Source: Octopus vulgaris (lineage: Eukaryota). Taken from it: a DNA stretch of 64,000 nucleotides. The stretch spans positions 32,426,001-32,490,000 of the forward strand of contig OX597818.1 of the NCBI GenBank assembly GCA_951406725.2, given 5' to 3'. Under the pieces are notes generated by a model. The model worked only from the letters and a program-made list of their open reading frames with translations. It searched no databases and was not told the origin of the DNA. Positions 1 to 14,670 of this stretch are shown piece by piece. The translations under genes were made by a program, and so were the position numbers. Position 1 is the first letter of the stretch; every line of letters begins with the position of its first letter.

Positions 1-40
<40 letters not shown>

Positions 41-886
41 TACATATATTTGCAGAAATGTACATAAATGGATATATACGTATACTATGAGTATATATAT
101 ATGTATATATATATATGTTTGTGTGTGTGTGTTTATATATAGGTATATGTGGGCATATTATATGTAAATATGTATATATACGTGTTTATGTTAGTGTGTG
201 TATACATATACACACGCTTCCTTACCTCCACTGTTTGTCTTTCCTACATAAGCATTTCCCCCCTGTTTATTTGTGTTTTATATTTTTGACGCACTCCATT
301 CACCTCTTCATTATTTACCGGTGCCATGTTTGGTAAAACTCTGTCCTCCCGAGACAACGACACTCTATTTTCATATACACACATACAAACTTAAGCGTAG
401 AAACGTTCGCCAAAGGCACGCTTTCACATATTTGTTCTTTTCTACCAACATACAATTACAGTCATGTGTACTTATATATGCATATTTACTTAAAATACAT
501 AACTATGTATAAGCATAGTCTTATGAAGCTATTGTTATTTTTACTGTTTCTTTGAGTACAAAAGAAGGTCTTATAATTTTATATAATGTGCTCGGTTAAA
601 TTCACATACATAGGCAGGTAACATTTTATTTTTGTGCTTACGCACTAATACATATATGGGCGTATGGAAGCAGAATAAAATATATATCTAATTACCTTTA
701 TGCCTACATGCATACATAAATACGGCTAGAAATATGCGAACACACACAAGCACATGTATGCATCTGTGTGTGTGTGATCATATTTGTGCGTGTGTGTGTG
801 ATCATGTGTACGTGATTGTGTGTGTATGTGTCTGTGTGTGTGTGTGAGAGAGAGTGTCTATGTCTGTATGTATACAATTACGTATA

Positions 887-918
<32 letters not shown>

Positions 919-1061
919 ATGTATATATATGTAAATATATTTGTATGTGTATATACACACATATACATGTATATATATGCGTGTGTATGTATATCTATGT
1001 GTATATTTGTATTTATATTTATGTGTATATATGTGCGTATATTTATGTATGTCTATATACA

Positions 1062-1125
<64 letters not shown>

Positions 1126-1312
1126 TATGTGTGTGTGTATATATGTGTGTGTGTGTGTGTTTGCATGTATATGCACGTACGTCCATACAGCTTTGTGTAC
1201 GAGAGTGTTTACACAAAATGTACGCATGGTGAATGCAGATAAGCAAAATGCAAAAAGAGAGGGAAAAAAAAGGGGGGACTAAATGAATAACAAGGGCCAC
1301 TAGTAATACGTT

Positions 1313-1530
1313 TCATTCTTCCATGAAATGTAAGCCATTCTGTGAATAGAACACTGCTGTGGCGAACTGTGCAGTCTGTTGAATGTAATGAATTACTTCA
1401 GCAATATGCACCTGATGGGTGTTTCTTTTACAATTGCCCCACTGAGCAGCTAACCTAGTAATTGGTTTGTTAATGCCCACATTGTCACATTGAGTTATCA
1501 CTATTTGTACATTATTCCATCAACGTTGAG
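1313..1530 (-). pseudogene. Possible decayed piggyBac-type transposase fragment
   Basis: Minus translation R*WNNVQIVITQCDNVGINKPITRLAAQWGNCKRNTHQVHIAEVIHYIQQ loosely follows the piggyBac motif RWxDNxxV..GxxP..RW..K..V..I..YN; matched by eye, no TIRs seen. Confidence 0.4.
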
Positions 1531-1796
1531 GAGAAAGGGATCACGCCTTTTTTTAATGGTTGTGCTATGGTTCTAGAAATACCTATAACTCTGTTAAATT
1601 TCGAGAAGAGTTTTCGGGTCTGTCGTAATCGTTTCCGTTTACTAGCTCCCAGTCGTCCTTACAAGCTTCCGCACCATCGTTTTCTGATTCTTCATTGTTG
1701 GCTTACATTTTTGTCTTCGATGGAAACACAAAGACGTTTATGGTTGAAAACACGCTCTTATTTGGTGATTATGTGAAGTTTATTCCATTTTTTTTT

Positions 1797-2197
1797 CTTT
1801 TACTTGTTTCAGTCATTTGACTGTGTCCATGCTGGAGCACTGCCTTTAGTCTTGCAAATCGACCCCAACACTTATTCCTTGTAAGCCTAGTACTTATTAT
1901 ATCGGTCTCTTTTGCTGAACTGCTAAGTTACGGGGACGTAAACACACCAGCATCGGTTGTCAAGCGATATTAGGGGGGACAAACACAGACACACAAACAT
2001 ATACACACACATTCATACATATATACATATATACGACGGGCTTCTTTCAGTTTCCGTCTACCAAATCTACTCACAAGGCTTTAGTCGGCCCGAGGCTATA
2101 GTAGAAGACACTTGCTCAAGGTGCAACGCAGTAGGAATGAACCCGGAACCATGTGGTTGGTAAGCAAGCTACTTACCACACAGCCACCCTTACGCCT
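1797..2197 (-). mobile_element. tRNA-derived CORE-type SINE, family A (octopus OR-like), full length
   Basis: Minus strand: A-box TGGCTGTGTGG, B-box-like GGTTCATTCC, CORE-like GCACCTTGAGCAAGTGTCTTCT, internal CA/TA tract, tail GGCAGTGCTCCAGCATGG..CAGTCAAATGACTG; colinear with copies at 12321, 18990 and 56461. Confidence 0.9.
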
Positions 2198-2920
2198 AGC
2201 TACATACACACAGCCACCCCTGCGCCTAACTTGGTACCTTATTTTCTTCAACGGTTTTATCATAAATGAATAAGATAACCTAGCTGTGATTTTGATCCAC
2301 CAGTTGCACTCGTTTGTGCGTGGTTCGTTAAAAATATTTATAACAGTTTAAGAACTTGGGCAATCTCAAACCTTAAGTTTTTTAAGTATTTTGCCCTAAT
2401 ACCTTGTTACTTAATGTAGCATTTTCCATGCCTATTACTGATTTTGTCGTGCTCCGAACGATCATTTACTCTTGGTGCCATGCGCATGATTTGAGCTCCG
2501 GATGTACAGAAAACCGCAAGAGATACTCTAAGGTTTCCATCCGATGCGGTATATCAGTATACATACTTGTATACATGTGCTTATGCATTAATACGGTTTC
2601 TGACGCTTTGCCTTATACGTTGGCACACTGCAATGCAGAATTATTGCACAATGCAGAGCCATTCAGACCCAGTTCAAGACCGTTTACTACGAATCTAATT
2701 ATGAAAATAATCTTTGAAAGTCTTTCTGCGGGACATATATCGACTTGGCTATTTTTCACTATGGGTGCAAGGGAAAAGCATTTCAAGCAAGGAATTTATA
2801 CACATGCACACACACATACATATTGCATATATATATATATATATATATATATGCAATAGAAATACAAAATGGTTGACGGTTAGTAAGGAGAGACACACAA
2901 ATAAGAAAGAAGAGAGCAAA

Positions 2921-2966
2921 GGACCACTGATGCGGTCACAGGAGTGTGACGAAAGAACTCTGGCCG
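2921..2966 (+). ncRNA. Minimal type I hammerhead-like motif (variant core)
   Basis: CCA-CTGATGCG-GTCACA(GGAG)TGTGAC-GAA-AG(AA)CT-C-TGG: perfect 6-bp stem II, short stems I and III, A9 altered; in a segment between (TA)n tracts. Confidence 0.5.
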
Positions 2967-3077
2967 AAATAAGATTAAGATTAATGTAAAAAATAAATAA
3001 CGCTGAAACAAAGTAACACCATATATATAGTGCTTGTGTTTTTATTGGCTAAACTGGCAAAATGGCCATTCCTAAGT

Positions 3078-3133
<56 letters not shown>

Positions 3134-4438
3134 ATATTATATTAATGTTTTTGATGCTGTTACCTTCAATGTGTTAGAACGTGGAAAGAAGACATGCAAT
3201 TATTTTAGGTGTGGAATAGTTGAGACAGATTCAAAATTTTGGTAATGATAACTTACTTAGATTGCTTGTCTACCGGGTATTAAAACAACTAACTATAGTG
3301 AACTAAAAATATAAAACGTCTTGGTTACCAATAAATTTGCTATTGAAAGAATGACTCATTGAGTGTTCAGAGAATATTGACGGTTCAATATTTTACTAAA
3401 GACAAGTAAGACATTTTTGGAATATGCTTTATTCGGACATTGGACAATGATTCTGATATGAGCCAACAATATTATTGACGTCACAAGCTAAAGCTGTGAC
3501 GAAATAGCAGTAAAAATAATGACTGCATTGACAGCTTTCAGACTGAGTCCTTTAAATATTTAGGAGCTCTCTTTAACTCTCTCTCATTTCTTGCTTTCTC
3601 TCTGTATATGGTGTACGTAAACATGTATACATTTATGTAGATACATGTGCGTTCGCGCACGCACACACACACATACGTAAATATATATATCACTGTATTT
3701 TTGCTTTTGGCATACCTGAAATCCCTGAAGAGAATGTGATATTTAACCGTGCTATTATCTAACATCCGGTTTTACAACACAGTGTGAAACCGATTGGCAA
3801 GGTCGCCTGTAATACATCTTATGATACTGTGTACTTTGATTAATACACACTCACACACATATAAATGCATGTATGTATGTATGTATGTATTTCACGTCAT
3901 AATAGCCGAGGTGAAATATAAGTCATGGTCTCCATGATAATTACTATTTAAACTTATCAGTGATATTTCCTCAGCGATAATTTTTTGTCCTCCAATGTGT
4001 GGAACAGATTGAATACATTTACACAGACATTTTTATTTCCAAAAATTTCTTGATTGCTAAAAGAAAAATATATAAAAATAAAAATGAAGTATAAAAAGAA
4101 ATGATTTTAACAGTTATCGATGTAACAGAAAATGAAATACGTATAAACGCTCTTTTGCACTCAAATGCGCGCATGCAGGCGTTCATGCATTGAAGAACTC
4201 ACGCAGGTGTGTGAAAATAATATTTAACCCTAACATGCTATGTAAACAAGGGGGGAAAATCCACAAGATATGCAAGCATGCGTGTAAGGTTGTATATATG
4301 TTCGTGTTTCTATGTAGATATATATTTTTCAAATGTCAGTTGATGTCGGTTGAAACGTGTGCAACATTCGTCTAAATTTGCTGTAGATACACTGCCCCAC
4401 CAAATATGTATGTATGTGAGTATATATGTGTGTATCAA

Positions 4439-4489
<51 letters not shown>

Positions 4490-4493
<4 letters not shown>

Positions 4494-4626
4494 GGGAGAG
4501 AGAATTCACAAACGAAAACAAAAGACGAAGACATGCACTGTAGACAACAAACAGATGTAATAGTTTAACACTCGGGAAGTGAAAAAGTCTTTAACGTTTC
4601 GAGCCTACGCTCTTAAACAGAGAGAT
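4490..4626 (-). mobile_element. Short (TA)n-associated hammerhead-motif element, family H (Penelope/retrozyme-like)
   Basis: Homologous to 14458-14670, 27915-28120 and 59185-59357; reverse complement has CTGTTTAAGAGCGTAGGCTCGAAACGTTAAAG. Confidence 0.7.
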
Positions 4627-4665
4627 GTATGTATGTATTTATGTATGTATGTATGTATGTAAATT

Positions 4666-4762
<97 letters not shown>

Positions 4763-4907
4763 GTGTTTGTATGTATGTATATGGTATGCGAAAAATGTAT
4801 TTTGTGCATTGCGTCCGTGAGTAATTGTGTCCGTTTGAATATTTGCCTCGGATCTAAAATAACCATACCAGTATAAACATGTGTATTCGCATGCATATTC
4901 CTAAATT

Positions 4908-4983
<76 letters not shown>

Positions 4984-5478
4984 GTATGATGTATGATGTG
5001 TGCTAAACCATATTTACAAGTGTGTTTGTAAACAATTGGATGAATACACAATGGTATTCACTCACATAAACACCATATTCTCTGTCTCTCTCTCTCTCCT
5101 TCTCTCTGTCTCTCCCTCTGACACACATACACAAAAATATATCTATGTACACATGTAAAGCCACATATGAAGGCGCAGACGTGTATCTGTATTGGTTTAA
5201 GCGCTTCGAAACTAGATATCTACGCATATAGTCATAACTATGGGTGCGAATGGGAAGTGACATAGCGGTCGTGTCTCTTGTAAATCTCAAATCGGGAATT
5301 AACAAATACTCAATATGACATACACGCACACCTAACCACATACACATACATGAACACATGCTACCACAAATGCACAAGCACACACATAGAATGATACACA
5401 TGTACTATCTCATGTATCTGATTCATACATGCAAACACCCCCCCTCTATATATATGTATATATATGTGTGTGTGTGTG

Positions 5479-5514
<36 letters not shown>

Positions 5515-5554
5515 TTTTTATGTAAATATATTTATATATATATATATTATAATA

Positions 5555-5617
<63 letters not shown>

Positions 5618-5675
5618 ATACATACATGTATGTGTATATTTATGTCTGTGTGTATGTATATATATATGTATATGC

Positions 5676-5729
<54 letters not shown>

Positions 5730-5854
5730 ACGTATACAACCATATATATATAGGTATGTACATATATGTATGTATATATGCATATGTTTTATTTATTATT
5801 TTGTTGTTATATATATACATATATGGATGTATATATTTATATATATATGTATGT

Positions 5855-5899
<45 letters not shown>

Positions 5900-6460
5900 A
5901 ATGTATGCTTCGCATGCACTCACACAAGCGCATATAAATATAAGTCCGGTGAAGAGTGAATGGTTCATCTATGTGAGTTACATAAGCACTAAAACATTTT
6001 ATGTTCGAGAAGACCATTAAATCTATCAGAGCTGGAATTTCCTTTGTCTCGACCCTCTTTTGAGTGTTCACTCTGAGGTGACCCCACGGCTTTCTTGTCA
6101 TATTTCTTCTGGAGACATCTTAGCTTTGGCACCTCACAACTCGTCTTCATTCTGACGTCTCCCTTGTCATGTTGTCGCCATTGCTCTACAGTTTACCAGC
6201 TGTCGTTTTCTTATCCCCCATCCCCATTCAACGTTTAATTCCTTTCTCTCTGTCTGTCTGTCTGTCTCTCTCTCTCTCCCTCTCTCTCTCTGTCTCTCAC
6301 TCACTCGCTTACCCACTCAAATCCTCATTCTTTTACAGATTTCTGTCTTACCTCACGCAGTCCTTTTCCTACACTATCTTTTACATCACTTCTCGAAATT
6401 GTAGTGCTATTTGTATATTTCCTTCCTGTTTATATGCGTAGACTTGTGTGTGTATGCATA

Positions 6461-6511
<51 letters not shown>

Positions 6512-6520
6512 ATATGCACC

Positions 6521-6668
6521 GTCCCCGTAACTTAGCGGTTTGGCAAAAAAAGACACCGATAAAATAAGTACTAGGCTTACAAAGAATAAGTCCTGGGGTC
6601 GATTTGATCGACTTAAAGGCGGTGCTCCAGCATGGCCACAGTCACATAACCGAAGCAAGTAAAAGAGT
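6521..6668 (+). mobile_element. Family A SINE, 3' portion only
   Basis: GTCCCCGTAACTTAGCGG...GGCGGTGCTCCAGCATGGCCACAGTC..AAGTAAAAGAG matches the 3' half of 56461-56911. Confidence 0.85.
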
Positions 6669-7142
6669 ATATGTATATATATATGTATGTATATGAATGT
6701 ATGTATATTTGCACACACGCACACACACATATACATCTATATTATTCCTTTATTTTAACGTTATGCCAAAATCTCATAGTGGAGTACATTTTTATAAACG
6801 TTTACAAGGAAGATTTTGACAGTAACTTCGAACCTTCTATTGATGAAGGTGAGCATGCCAAAACTTCGAAGTCACTGTTTGTTTTTCTTTTGTAGCACAC
6901 ACTCAGGCATACATACACACATATATGTTATTCCTTTTATTTTCTTGCTATCGGCTATTACCATTGGAATGCAGTCATACTAGAGTTTTATCGATCATAT
7001 TGTTGTGAAGATTGCTAAGCCATCATATTTACGATTCCGTGTCTCACCACAGGTGCCGATGTATAACAAACTTTGTGTGTGTGTGCGCGTAAGTGTGTGT
7101 GTATGTGTGTGCGCGTAAGTGTGTGTGTATGTGTGTGCGCGT

Positions 7143-7180
<38 letters not shown>

Positions 7181-7189
7181 CTTTCTTTC

Positions 7190-7560
7190 TTTCTTTCTCT
7201 CTCATCGATACAATCGGTTAAATCTCAGTATGGGGATTAACCGACCATATTGATTTCCAGTACTTCATTTTAAGGTTTTGCGCTTATTCTATCGAAATGT
7301 TTTACCGAACCGCTAAGTCACGTCTATCTGTCTGTCTATCTGTGTGCGTATGTCTCTCTCTCTGTCTTTCTTTCTCTGTCTCTCTCTCTCTCTCATCAAT
7401 ATCAATAAACTCCAGTATGGGGTTTAACCGATCATATTAATCCCCAGTACTCATTTTAAGGTCTGGCACTTACTCTATCGAAATGCTTTGCCGAACCGCT
7501 ATGTCACGAGGATGCAAAAAAAAAACTGTCAAGCAGAGATGGTGCTTGTGTGTGGGACAA
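7190..7560 (-). repeat. Local tandem duplication (~190-bp units) of a decayed family A SINE fragment
   Basis: CAGTATGGGG(A/T)TTAACCGA..CCAGTACT..CATTTTAAGG..CTATCGAAATG..CCGAACCGCTA occurs at ~7225 and ~7412. Confidence 0.7.
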
Positions 7561-7579
7561 GCATTAACACGAACACAAA

Positions 7580-7623
<44 letters not shown>

Positions 7624-8044
7624 ACACACATACACACACACACACCACACACATATACACACGCGTATCTCTATATACTACATCTTTAACTGCATTTCGC
7701 TAGGATTTCGACGCATTTCATAATTTCAAAATTTCAGGATTTTGACGGATTTCATAATTAAAATCCCAATACATTTTTTTACATCAGAGTATTTCCTTAT
7801 ATTCTCCATCTTTTCCTTCCTACATTGTCTCATTCTGATTCTCATTATCGAAAGAGAGAGAACTGGGGTTTTTGTTTTAAATGTTTTATTACTGAGACAC
7901 TTAGACCCCTTCTTTAACTTCATTATATATTCATCGCTTCATTTAATAACACCCCGCTGTACCCCGTCATCGCTGTCATTGTCGTCCTCGACGCCGTCGT
8001 AGCCTCGCGTCTTCTCATCATGGACTAATCAGTTCCGTCTGTTA

Positions 8045-8179
8045 TTGTTGCTACCTTTTTTTATAATTCCTCCTCCTCCGCTCCGATCCTTCTTCCTCTT
8101 CCCATCCTCTTCTTCTTCCTCTCCCCTTTTGTTGTTGTTGTTGTTCTTCTTCTTCTTCCTCTTCCCCTCTTCTTCTTCC

Positions 8180-8210
<31 letters not shown>

Positions 8211-8237
8211 CCCTCTTCTTCTTCTTCCTCTTCTTCC

Positions 8238-8278
<41 letters not shown>

Positions 8279-8318
8279 TTCCTCTTCCTCGTCTTCTTCC
8301 TCTTCTTCTTCTTCTTCC

Positions 8319-8351
<33 letters not shown>

Positions 8352-8570
8352 TCCTCGTCTTCTTCTTCTTCCTCTTCCTCGTCCTCTTCCTCGTCTTCTT
8401 CTTCCTCTTCCTCGTCTTCTTCTTCTTCTTCCTCTTCCTCGTCCTCTTCCTCGTCTTCTTCTTCCTCTTCCTCGTCTTCTTCTTCTTCTGCTTCTTCTTC
8501 TTCTTCCTCTCCTCCTCCTCTTCCCTTCCCCTTCTTCCTCTTCTCCCCCTCCCCCTCCTCCCCACCCTCA
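8045..8570. repeat. (CTT/CCT/CGT)n trinucleotide low-complexity tract
   Basis: Direct reading; source of the poly-Glu/Lys/Phe ORFs. Confidence 0.95.
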
Positions 8571-10099
8571 CAGTCAATGTTCATTAAAGACCACTGCAGC
8601 TGATATCATCAAATATCATACGACTATGTATTATTTACCTTGTAACTTCAACGAAACGGTTATTGCTATTACCCACTTGAAATCTCGCTCTTCATGTCTC
8701 TTACTCTTCATCTCTCTCTATCCGTCAACACGCACAAATGCATACACATATACCTTCGCATGATTGTCTATACGTCTATATACGAATAGGGAAGCGGAAA
8801 CATCCCACACACTCATGCTCGCCACAATTGCACATACAGACATGTATACTACACTTACACTGACTATGTTCAGGAATTCGTGTGTTACTTCTGTAGTTTG
8901 ACACATGCGGTGGCATCGTGAGTTACGTCATCTTGGAGCCACATTGTTGAAATAAAAAAGATTAGAATTAGCGCAAAGCAGTGATAAGAAATAAATAAAC
9001 TTTAGGTTACCTCAAATGTGTTTGTGGCGTATATTAACTTCTAAAGGCAATTTCACTGCAGTTTACCGTGGAGAAAATAATTCTCTCATACGGCAAGAAT
9101 GTAAATACACCATTATCAGCTCAGTGGCGCCTTCTTCTGGAATCCTAGATGCATTTCTGGATCTTTAGCTTTCCTCTGTAGGAGATACCGAAGAGAGATA
9201 ATTCTGAGCTGATTAGAAAACCGTAACTCTATAACAAAACTATCACCGCTTAATTGCCAATTAAATTCATGCAAACGCATTTTTTCTAAATCCAAGACAA
9301 CGAGTCGGTCATAGCAATTAATCATTTTGGATCAAGTTTAATTTCACAGTCATAGTGTTAAAGTTTGCAAACTTTAATCAAATTACACCATGATTTCTTA
9401 AGCTGAATCTTAAAAATGAAATTCCTGTACTTCCTTCTTTAGAGTGAATTAAATGTTTTGCACAAGTCAAATGAAGTGACTGAATATTTTCTCCTTCCTA
9501 ATGAGAGTGAACACGCCTCTCTAATAGTAAATATCAGTAATTCATCATATGTTTTAGCATGCTGAAATTCTTTTGGAAACTAGTTTATACAATGAATGTC
9601 AAGGACTCTTAAGTTTGGACTCTTTGTTCAAATTGTTATTTGCGTCATCTCCCCATTACTGACATTACACGGGTAATTTGAGAGCTAACCTTCTATTGCA
9701 AAACCGCATGTTTGCGTATGTCAATAACTCACCCTTATTACCATTTTTCATGCGTTATACCGAGCGTTTTCGTAGCTAATCTTAACCAGTTCTGAATGAT
9801 TAATTCAATGTCTGACGGAAGTGTGGGTCTGTTCGAAACATTAGATATTTGTGTGCTGAGAACACAAGCATACCACAGATCTTGCGTTTATATAATTAAC
9901 GTTTGTCGAATGCACATGCGTGCGTAAAGTACTAGCCTCCTTGTGGATCTCCTTCTTTTGATCATTGCTTAAGAAAGTCAACCAACTTTCACATCGTCTA
10001 CATACTACAGCATCAGCTCTAGAAACCTCTAATATTTCAAATCATAGAAGCTGGTGATTAATAAAATACTCCTAGACATGTAACGCTACGACCTTCACA

Positions 10100-10560
10100 C
10101 GTCCATATCCAAATTCCCTAAGCGTCCACTTGAATCACGTGCAGCTGTGCTGCAGCTGTACAAGCAAATATAACCCAGGCAGCGATCCCTCACCATCACC
10201 GTCTGAAAGACATTTAATCGCCTCCTCAATTGCATTAGCATCTTTTAGTTCCTACTAACTTTTCAAAAATCTTCTAGCTGTCACTTTTCAATTAAAATAT
10301 CTCTGTAATTATCGCTCTTACCGATAAACCGATAATCTTTACTGCGATGTCACATAGCATACCTTCCACGCGCATACATACAAACTCTTTGCACTTTTCA
10401 CTCCTTAATTTCTCTCATAATTTAGCTCAAGTTGAGCATAGTTAACAAGTCCAAAACCTTGTCCAGGAGATTCAAATCAACAAAGTGAACGGGTCTTATA
10501 TTTTCTCGGTTATATGTAAATATTCCCCAATTATTAGTCTTATCTTAGGCAAATAACTTC
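10100..10560 (-). pseudogene. Very decayed RTE-like reverse transcriptase remnant (tentative)
   Basis: Minus fragments HFVDL..DKV and GDGEGSLPGLYLLVQLQ..FK lie in the order of RT motifs FVDLEKAFDRV and GVHQGSVLSPLLF; many stops and frameshifts. Confidence 0.3.
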
Positions 10561-11017
10561 AATATTTCTCTCCCTACAAAAATGCACAAGTTAGGTTTCG
10601 AGGATTGCTCCACACTCTTCAGAGTTTATTGAGACTTGCATATCCTATAGACCTCACCTGACCACATCACGTTTTTGCTTAATTCAGCACTTTACGGAAC
10701 CGTTACCTACAAAAGTGACAAGCCAATAATTATCGTCGTTACCAATATCTGTTACTGTAACGCTTCTGTTACGCTGCCCCTAACATTCAGGTACGAACTT
10801 CTAGGGCCTGTGTACAATGCACGCGCTCAGCTCGTTATGCTTGTCTCCGCTGGTGAGATGGAAGTTAAGGTTAGTAATCAGTTCAGTGAGACTTAAACTA
10901 AGAAACGTAAAGCAATAATTTGCACTCTCTTACCATCCACAATAATTCCGTTTATGCCAAAACTGCCATTCCGGTATTTTCAATAAACATACATACATAC
11001 ATACATACATACATACA

Positions 11018-11051
<34 letters not shown>

Positions 11052-11470
11052 CATGGATGGAAGGAAATAAAACAATAACGACAACAGTACTTAATGAGAA
11101 ATTGATTAAGAAACTAGAGCAAGTGGTAGTTTATCAAGTTACATTTAAATCTTCATCAATTAATTTAAAAATAAACTATGGTACAGGGAAAACCTCAATT
11201 GATAATTAAGAGAATTCAATTAAGTGAAACAGTTGTTTATTCTACATACATACACAGTACATTTATACAGACATACGTATAAACACACAATTATACACAA
11301 ACAAAACATACTCTTTTAATATACACTCATACACACAGTGTTTGCCTTATGCATGTATGTACGTACGTACGTATATATGTATTTATGTATGTTTGGAGTA
11401 TGTATGTATGTACGTATGTATGTGTGTTTGTATGTATGTATGTATGTATGTATGTATGTATGTATGTATG

Positions 11471-11501
<31 letters not shown>

Positions 11502-12320
11502 GAGAACAAAACAGTGATATTGTATTGTGTTTATGTCCATTATTTGTTGTGTGTATTTAAAGAGAGCTACTATTTGTCGTATGAGTAAAATTTTCATTTT
11601 CCCAGTCAAGCAATTTATCAACGTACGTTAAAATAATATTGTCAGATTTATGATGTTTAGATTGCGAAGTCGTAAATTTTACTGGTTTTCTTCATCGGAA
11701 AGATAGGTAGTGGTGTGGGGGATACAATGAGATGTCTCAGTTGTTCTTTTTAATAGTAAGTGTTTTATGCGGATATCTCAACAAAATTTCATCATAAATA
11801 GAAAGTGATACATTTATATCGCCACAGAGATTTAAAATCTGGCGCAAGGTTTTTTCTTTTCTTTTTAGATAGAACTAAGGTGTACTGCTTTAATTAATAA
11901 CATCTAACTCATTGAATAATCATCGTCACCCGCTTCTTTCCATTATCCATAAATGAAACTAAAGAAGTAAAAGGGGGTGAAGTAAAGCTTAACAGATTTA
12001 CCAAAACAAATAGCAGTATATTAACTACAAAGGCACACACACACGCACACACATATGTCTTTATATACGATGTATATTTCGGTTTTGGAGCAGTTTGGCA
12101 GTGTATCTATGTATCGCAAGAACCCACGAAAAGGGTATCAAGAAAGGTATGCCTCTGAAAACCTGATAAGAGTACGGGCCCAGAGCTGAGCATACGTATG
12201 AACTTGTCCACATAGCTTATACATTATACTTGATTTTCAAATTTTCTATGCAGAACATAACAATTCGAATATGGCTAATTCTGCGCAAACGTGACCCACC
12301 GGAAATATATATTTTTAGAT

Positions 12321-12495
12321 GACTGTGGCCATGCTGGAACGTCGCCTTTAGTCGAGCAAATCGACCCCAGGACTTATTCTTTGTAAGCCCAGTACTTATT
12401 CTATCGGTTTCTTTTGCCGAACCGCTAAGTTACGGGGACGTAAACACACCAGTATCGGTTGTCAAGCGATGATGGGAGGACACACAGACACACAA

Positions 12496-12550
<55 letters not shown>

Positions 12551-12710
12551 CGACGGGCTTCTTTCAGTTTCCGTCTACCAAATCCACTCACAAGGCTTTG
12601 GTCGACCCGAGGCTATAGTAGAAGACACTTGCCTAAGGTGCCACGCAGTAGGAATGAACCCGGAACAATGTGGTTCGTAAGCAAGCTACTTACCACACAA
12701 CCACTCCTGC
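12321..12710 (-). mobile_element. Family A SINE, near full length
   Basis: Colinear with 1797-2197 and 18990-19417, including the internal (CA)n(TA)n tract. Confidence 0.9.
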
Positions 12711-13086
12711 TGCGCCTATAAAATCATTTTGGTGATTAAGATCTTATTACTCTATTTTTTCCTACTATTTTCATTTTATCCGGGCAATTCTTTGATTGTT
12801 TGATTTTCTTGGGGCTCAATACTCACATACATGCGCACAAACACACAGGCGCATATAAACCCCTACCTCTCTCTTTTATGTATTATTACTAGTGTGTGCG
12901 CACACCCAGCGATATATCCGCACGGACATACTTATATGAAGAGAACATGACTGAATGTTTTGAGAAATATATAGAAGTTTGTATTTCTCACACTCTCTGG
13001 CCAACTCAATGCACGTATGCATATATAATATGTGAATGCTTGCTTGTTCAGTTATGTAAACGTATCATAGTGTTTACACACACACA

Positions 13087-13138
<52 letters not shown>

Positions 13139-14366
13139 TGAAACAGCGCAGGAGAGAGAGAGAGAGACGGAGAGAGAAATAGATGGTGGAAACTCCGTTC
13201 CAATTTTCCAACTAACGTGCTTTCGCCGCCATTTTGATTCATTTCTCATTAAAAGTCGGCAGCAAATCTACTCTCCTAATCTTTCGTTTCTGACTCAACA
13301 TGTCAAATTATACTTTTCCTTTCCCCGCAAAATGTATTTATTCACTTTTAGTTCGTTCTATTGCTTTAGGGAGATTCTTTTCCATTTTTTCGCTCTTTCC
13401 GTTTTTCTTTCCTCGCTACCTGTCTTTGTCTTTCTTTTCAATTATTCTTCAACATTTTCCTGTCGTTGTTGTTGTTGTTGTTGTTGTTGTGGTGGTGGTA
13501 GTAGTGGTGGATTTTATTTGTTTTAGATGTTCTTCGTGTTTAAATTCTTTTCTATATCTCCAACCTTTTAACTCATTCATTTGTAGATGAATGAATGTAG
13601 AAAGAAAGAAGAAAATTACAAAATTATATACAAATTTGAAAATAGATTCCACGTACCATGGAAACGTATTATATTTCTTTAAAAATTACATATATTAACG
13701 GCTATTTTGGATTGTTCTAATCACTGATTTGCCTCAAGCAACACAATTTTGCAGCGATTTAAGTTTCCTCGTGTTATTATTGTTGCTGTTGTTGAATTTT
13801 GGAGTAAACGGACGTGTCTTCAGATAGCTCCGAGAAAATTTGGTTTATTACCAAATTTTACAGGATGAAATTTTCTTTTCAAAATTATTTTACATCTAGG
13901 GAATTTCGAAGCATACGCACGCTTGTTTTAAACATATATTTTATTTCGTGACTATTTTCACTTTTATCTTGATAGACTTCTCATTGTAAAAGAATGGAAA
14001 CTACCTAGCAGAAATAAAAATAAAAAACAAGATAGCTTATACGAACAAAATGAAAGAAAAAGTTAGTTTAATAAGCAGAGAGGTGTGCTTTGTTGAATGA
14101 GACAAAAAATTGGCTATTCTTTATCAATACGACACAATCAAAAGCACCAACAGCAAATACACATTCGCTAGTGTCGGTAGCCAAAGAAATGCTTTAATTA
14201 TTGCTCATCTCCTGCAGAAAAGAGAATCATGGAAGTAGTCCATTACTAAAATGACATGTACCTTGCCTAAGGGTAAAGATGAAAGGTTCTTAATTTCTGT
14301 TTCACAAATGAAGTAGATGATTCTTATGGCCCTCAACAATCGAAGAAATTCTGTGATATCTATAAC

Positions 14367-14457
<91 letters not shown>

Positions 14458-14459
<2 letters not shown>

Positions 14460-14670
14460 CGGGAAGGTTTACGAAAATAAACAAAAGACGAAGGCAGGTG
14501 GAGTACAAACAAACAATTGTATTAGTATAGCGCTCCTCAAGAATAGAAATAGAAAAAAGTATTTTACGTTTCGAGCCTACGCTCTTCGACAGAAAGATAC
14601 ACTAAAAAGAAAAACAAGGAGAGAAACAAATGCGTATAGGAGCTAACGATCTATCATGGCGTCCTGATTT
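14458..14670 (-). mobile_element. Family H hammerhead-motif element
   Basis: (TA)n on both sides; reverse complement of 14561-14596 reads CTTT-CTGTCGA-A-GAGC(GTAG)GCTC-GAAAC-GTA-AAAT. Confidence 0.75.

Noticed and set aside
8029-8587. Poly-Glu / poly-Lys / poly-Phe ORFs
   Set aside because: Trinucleotide repeat open on both strands, with no non-repetitive coding context.
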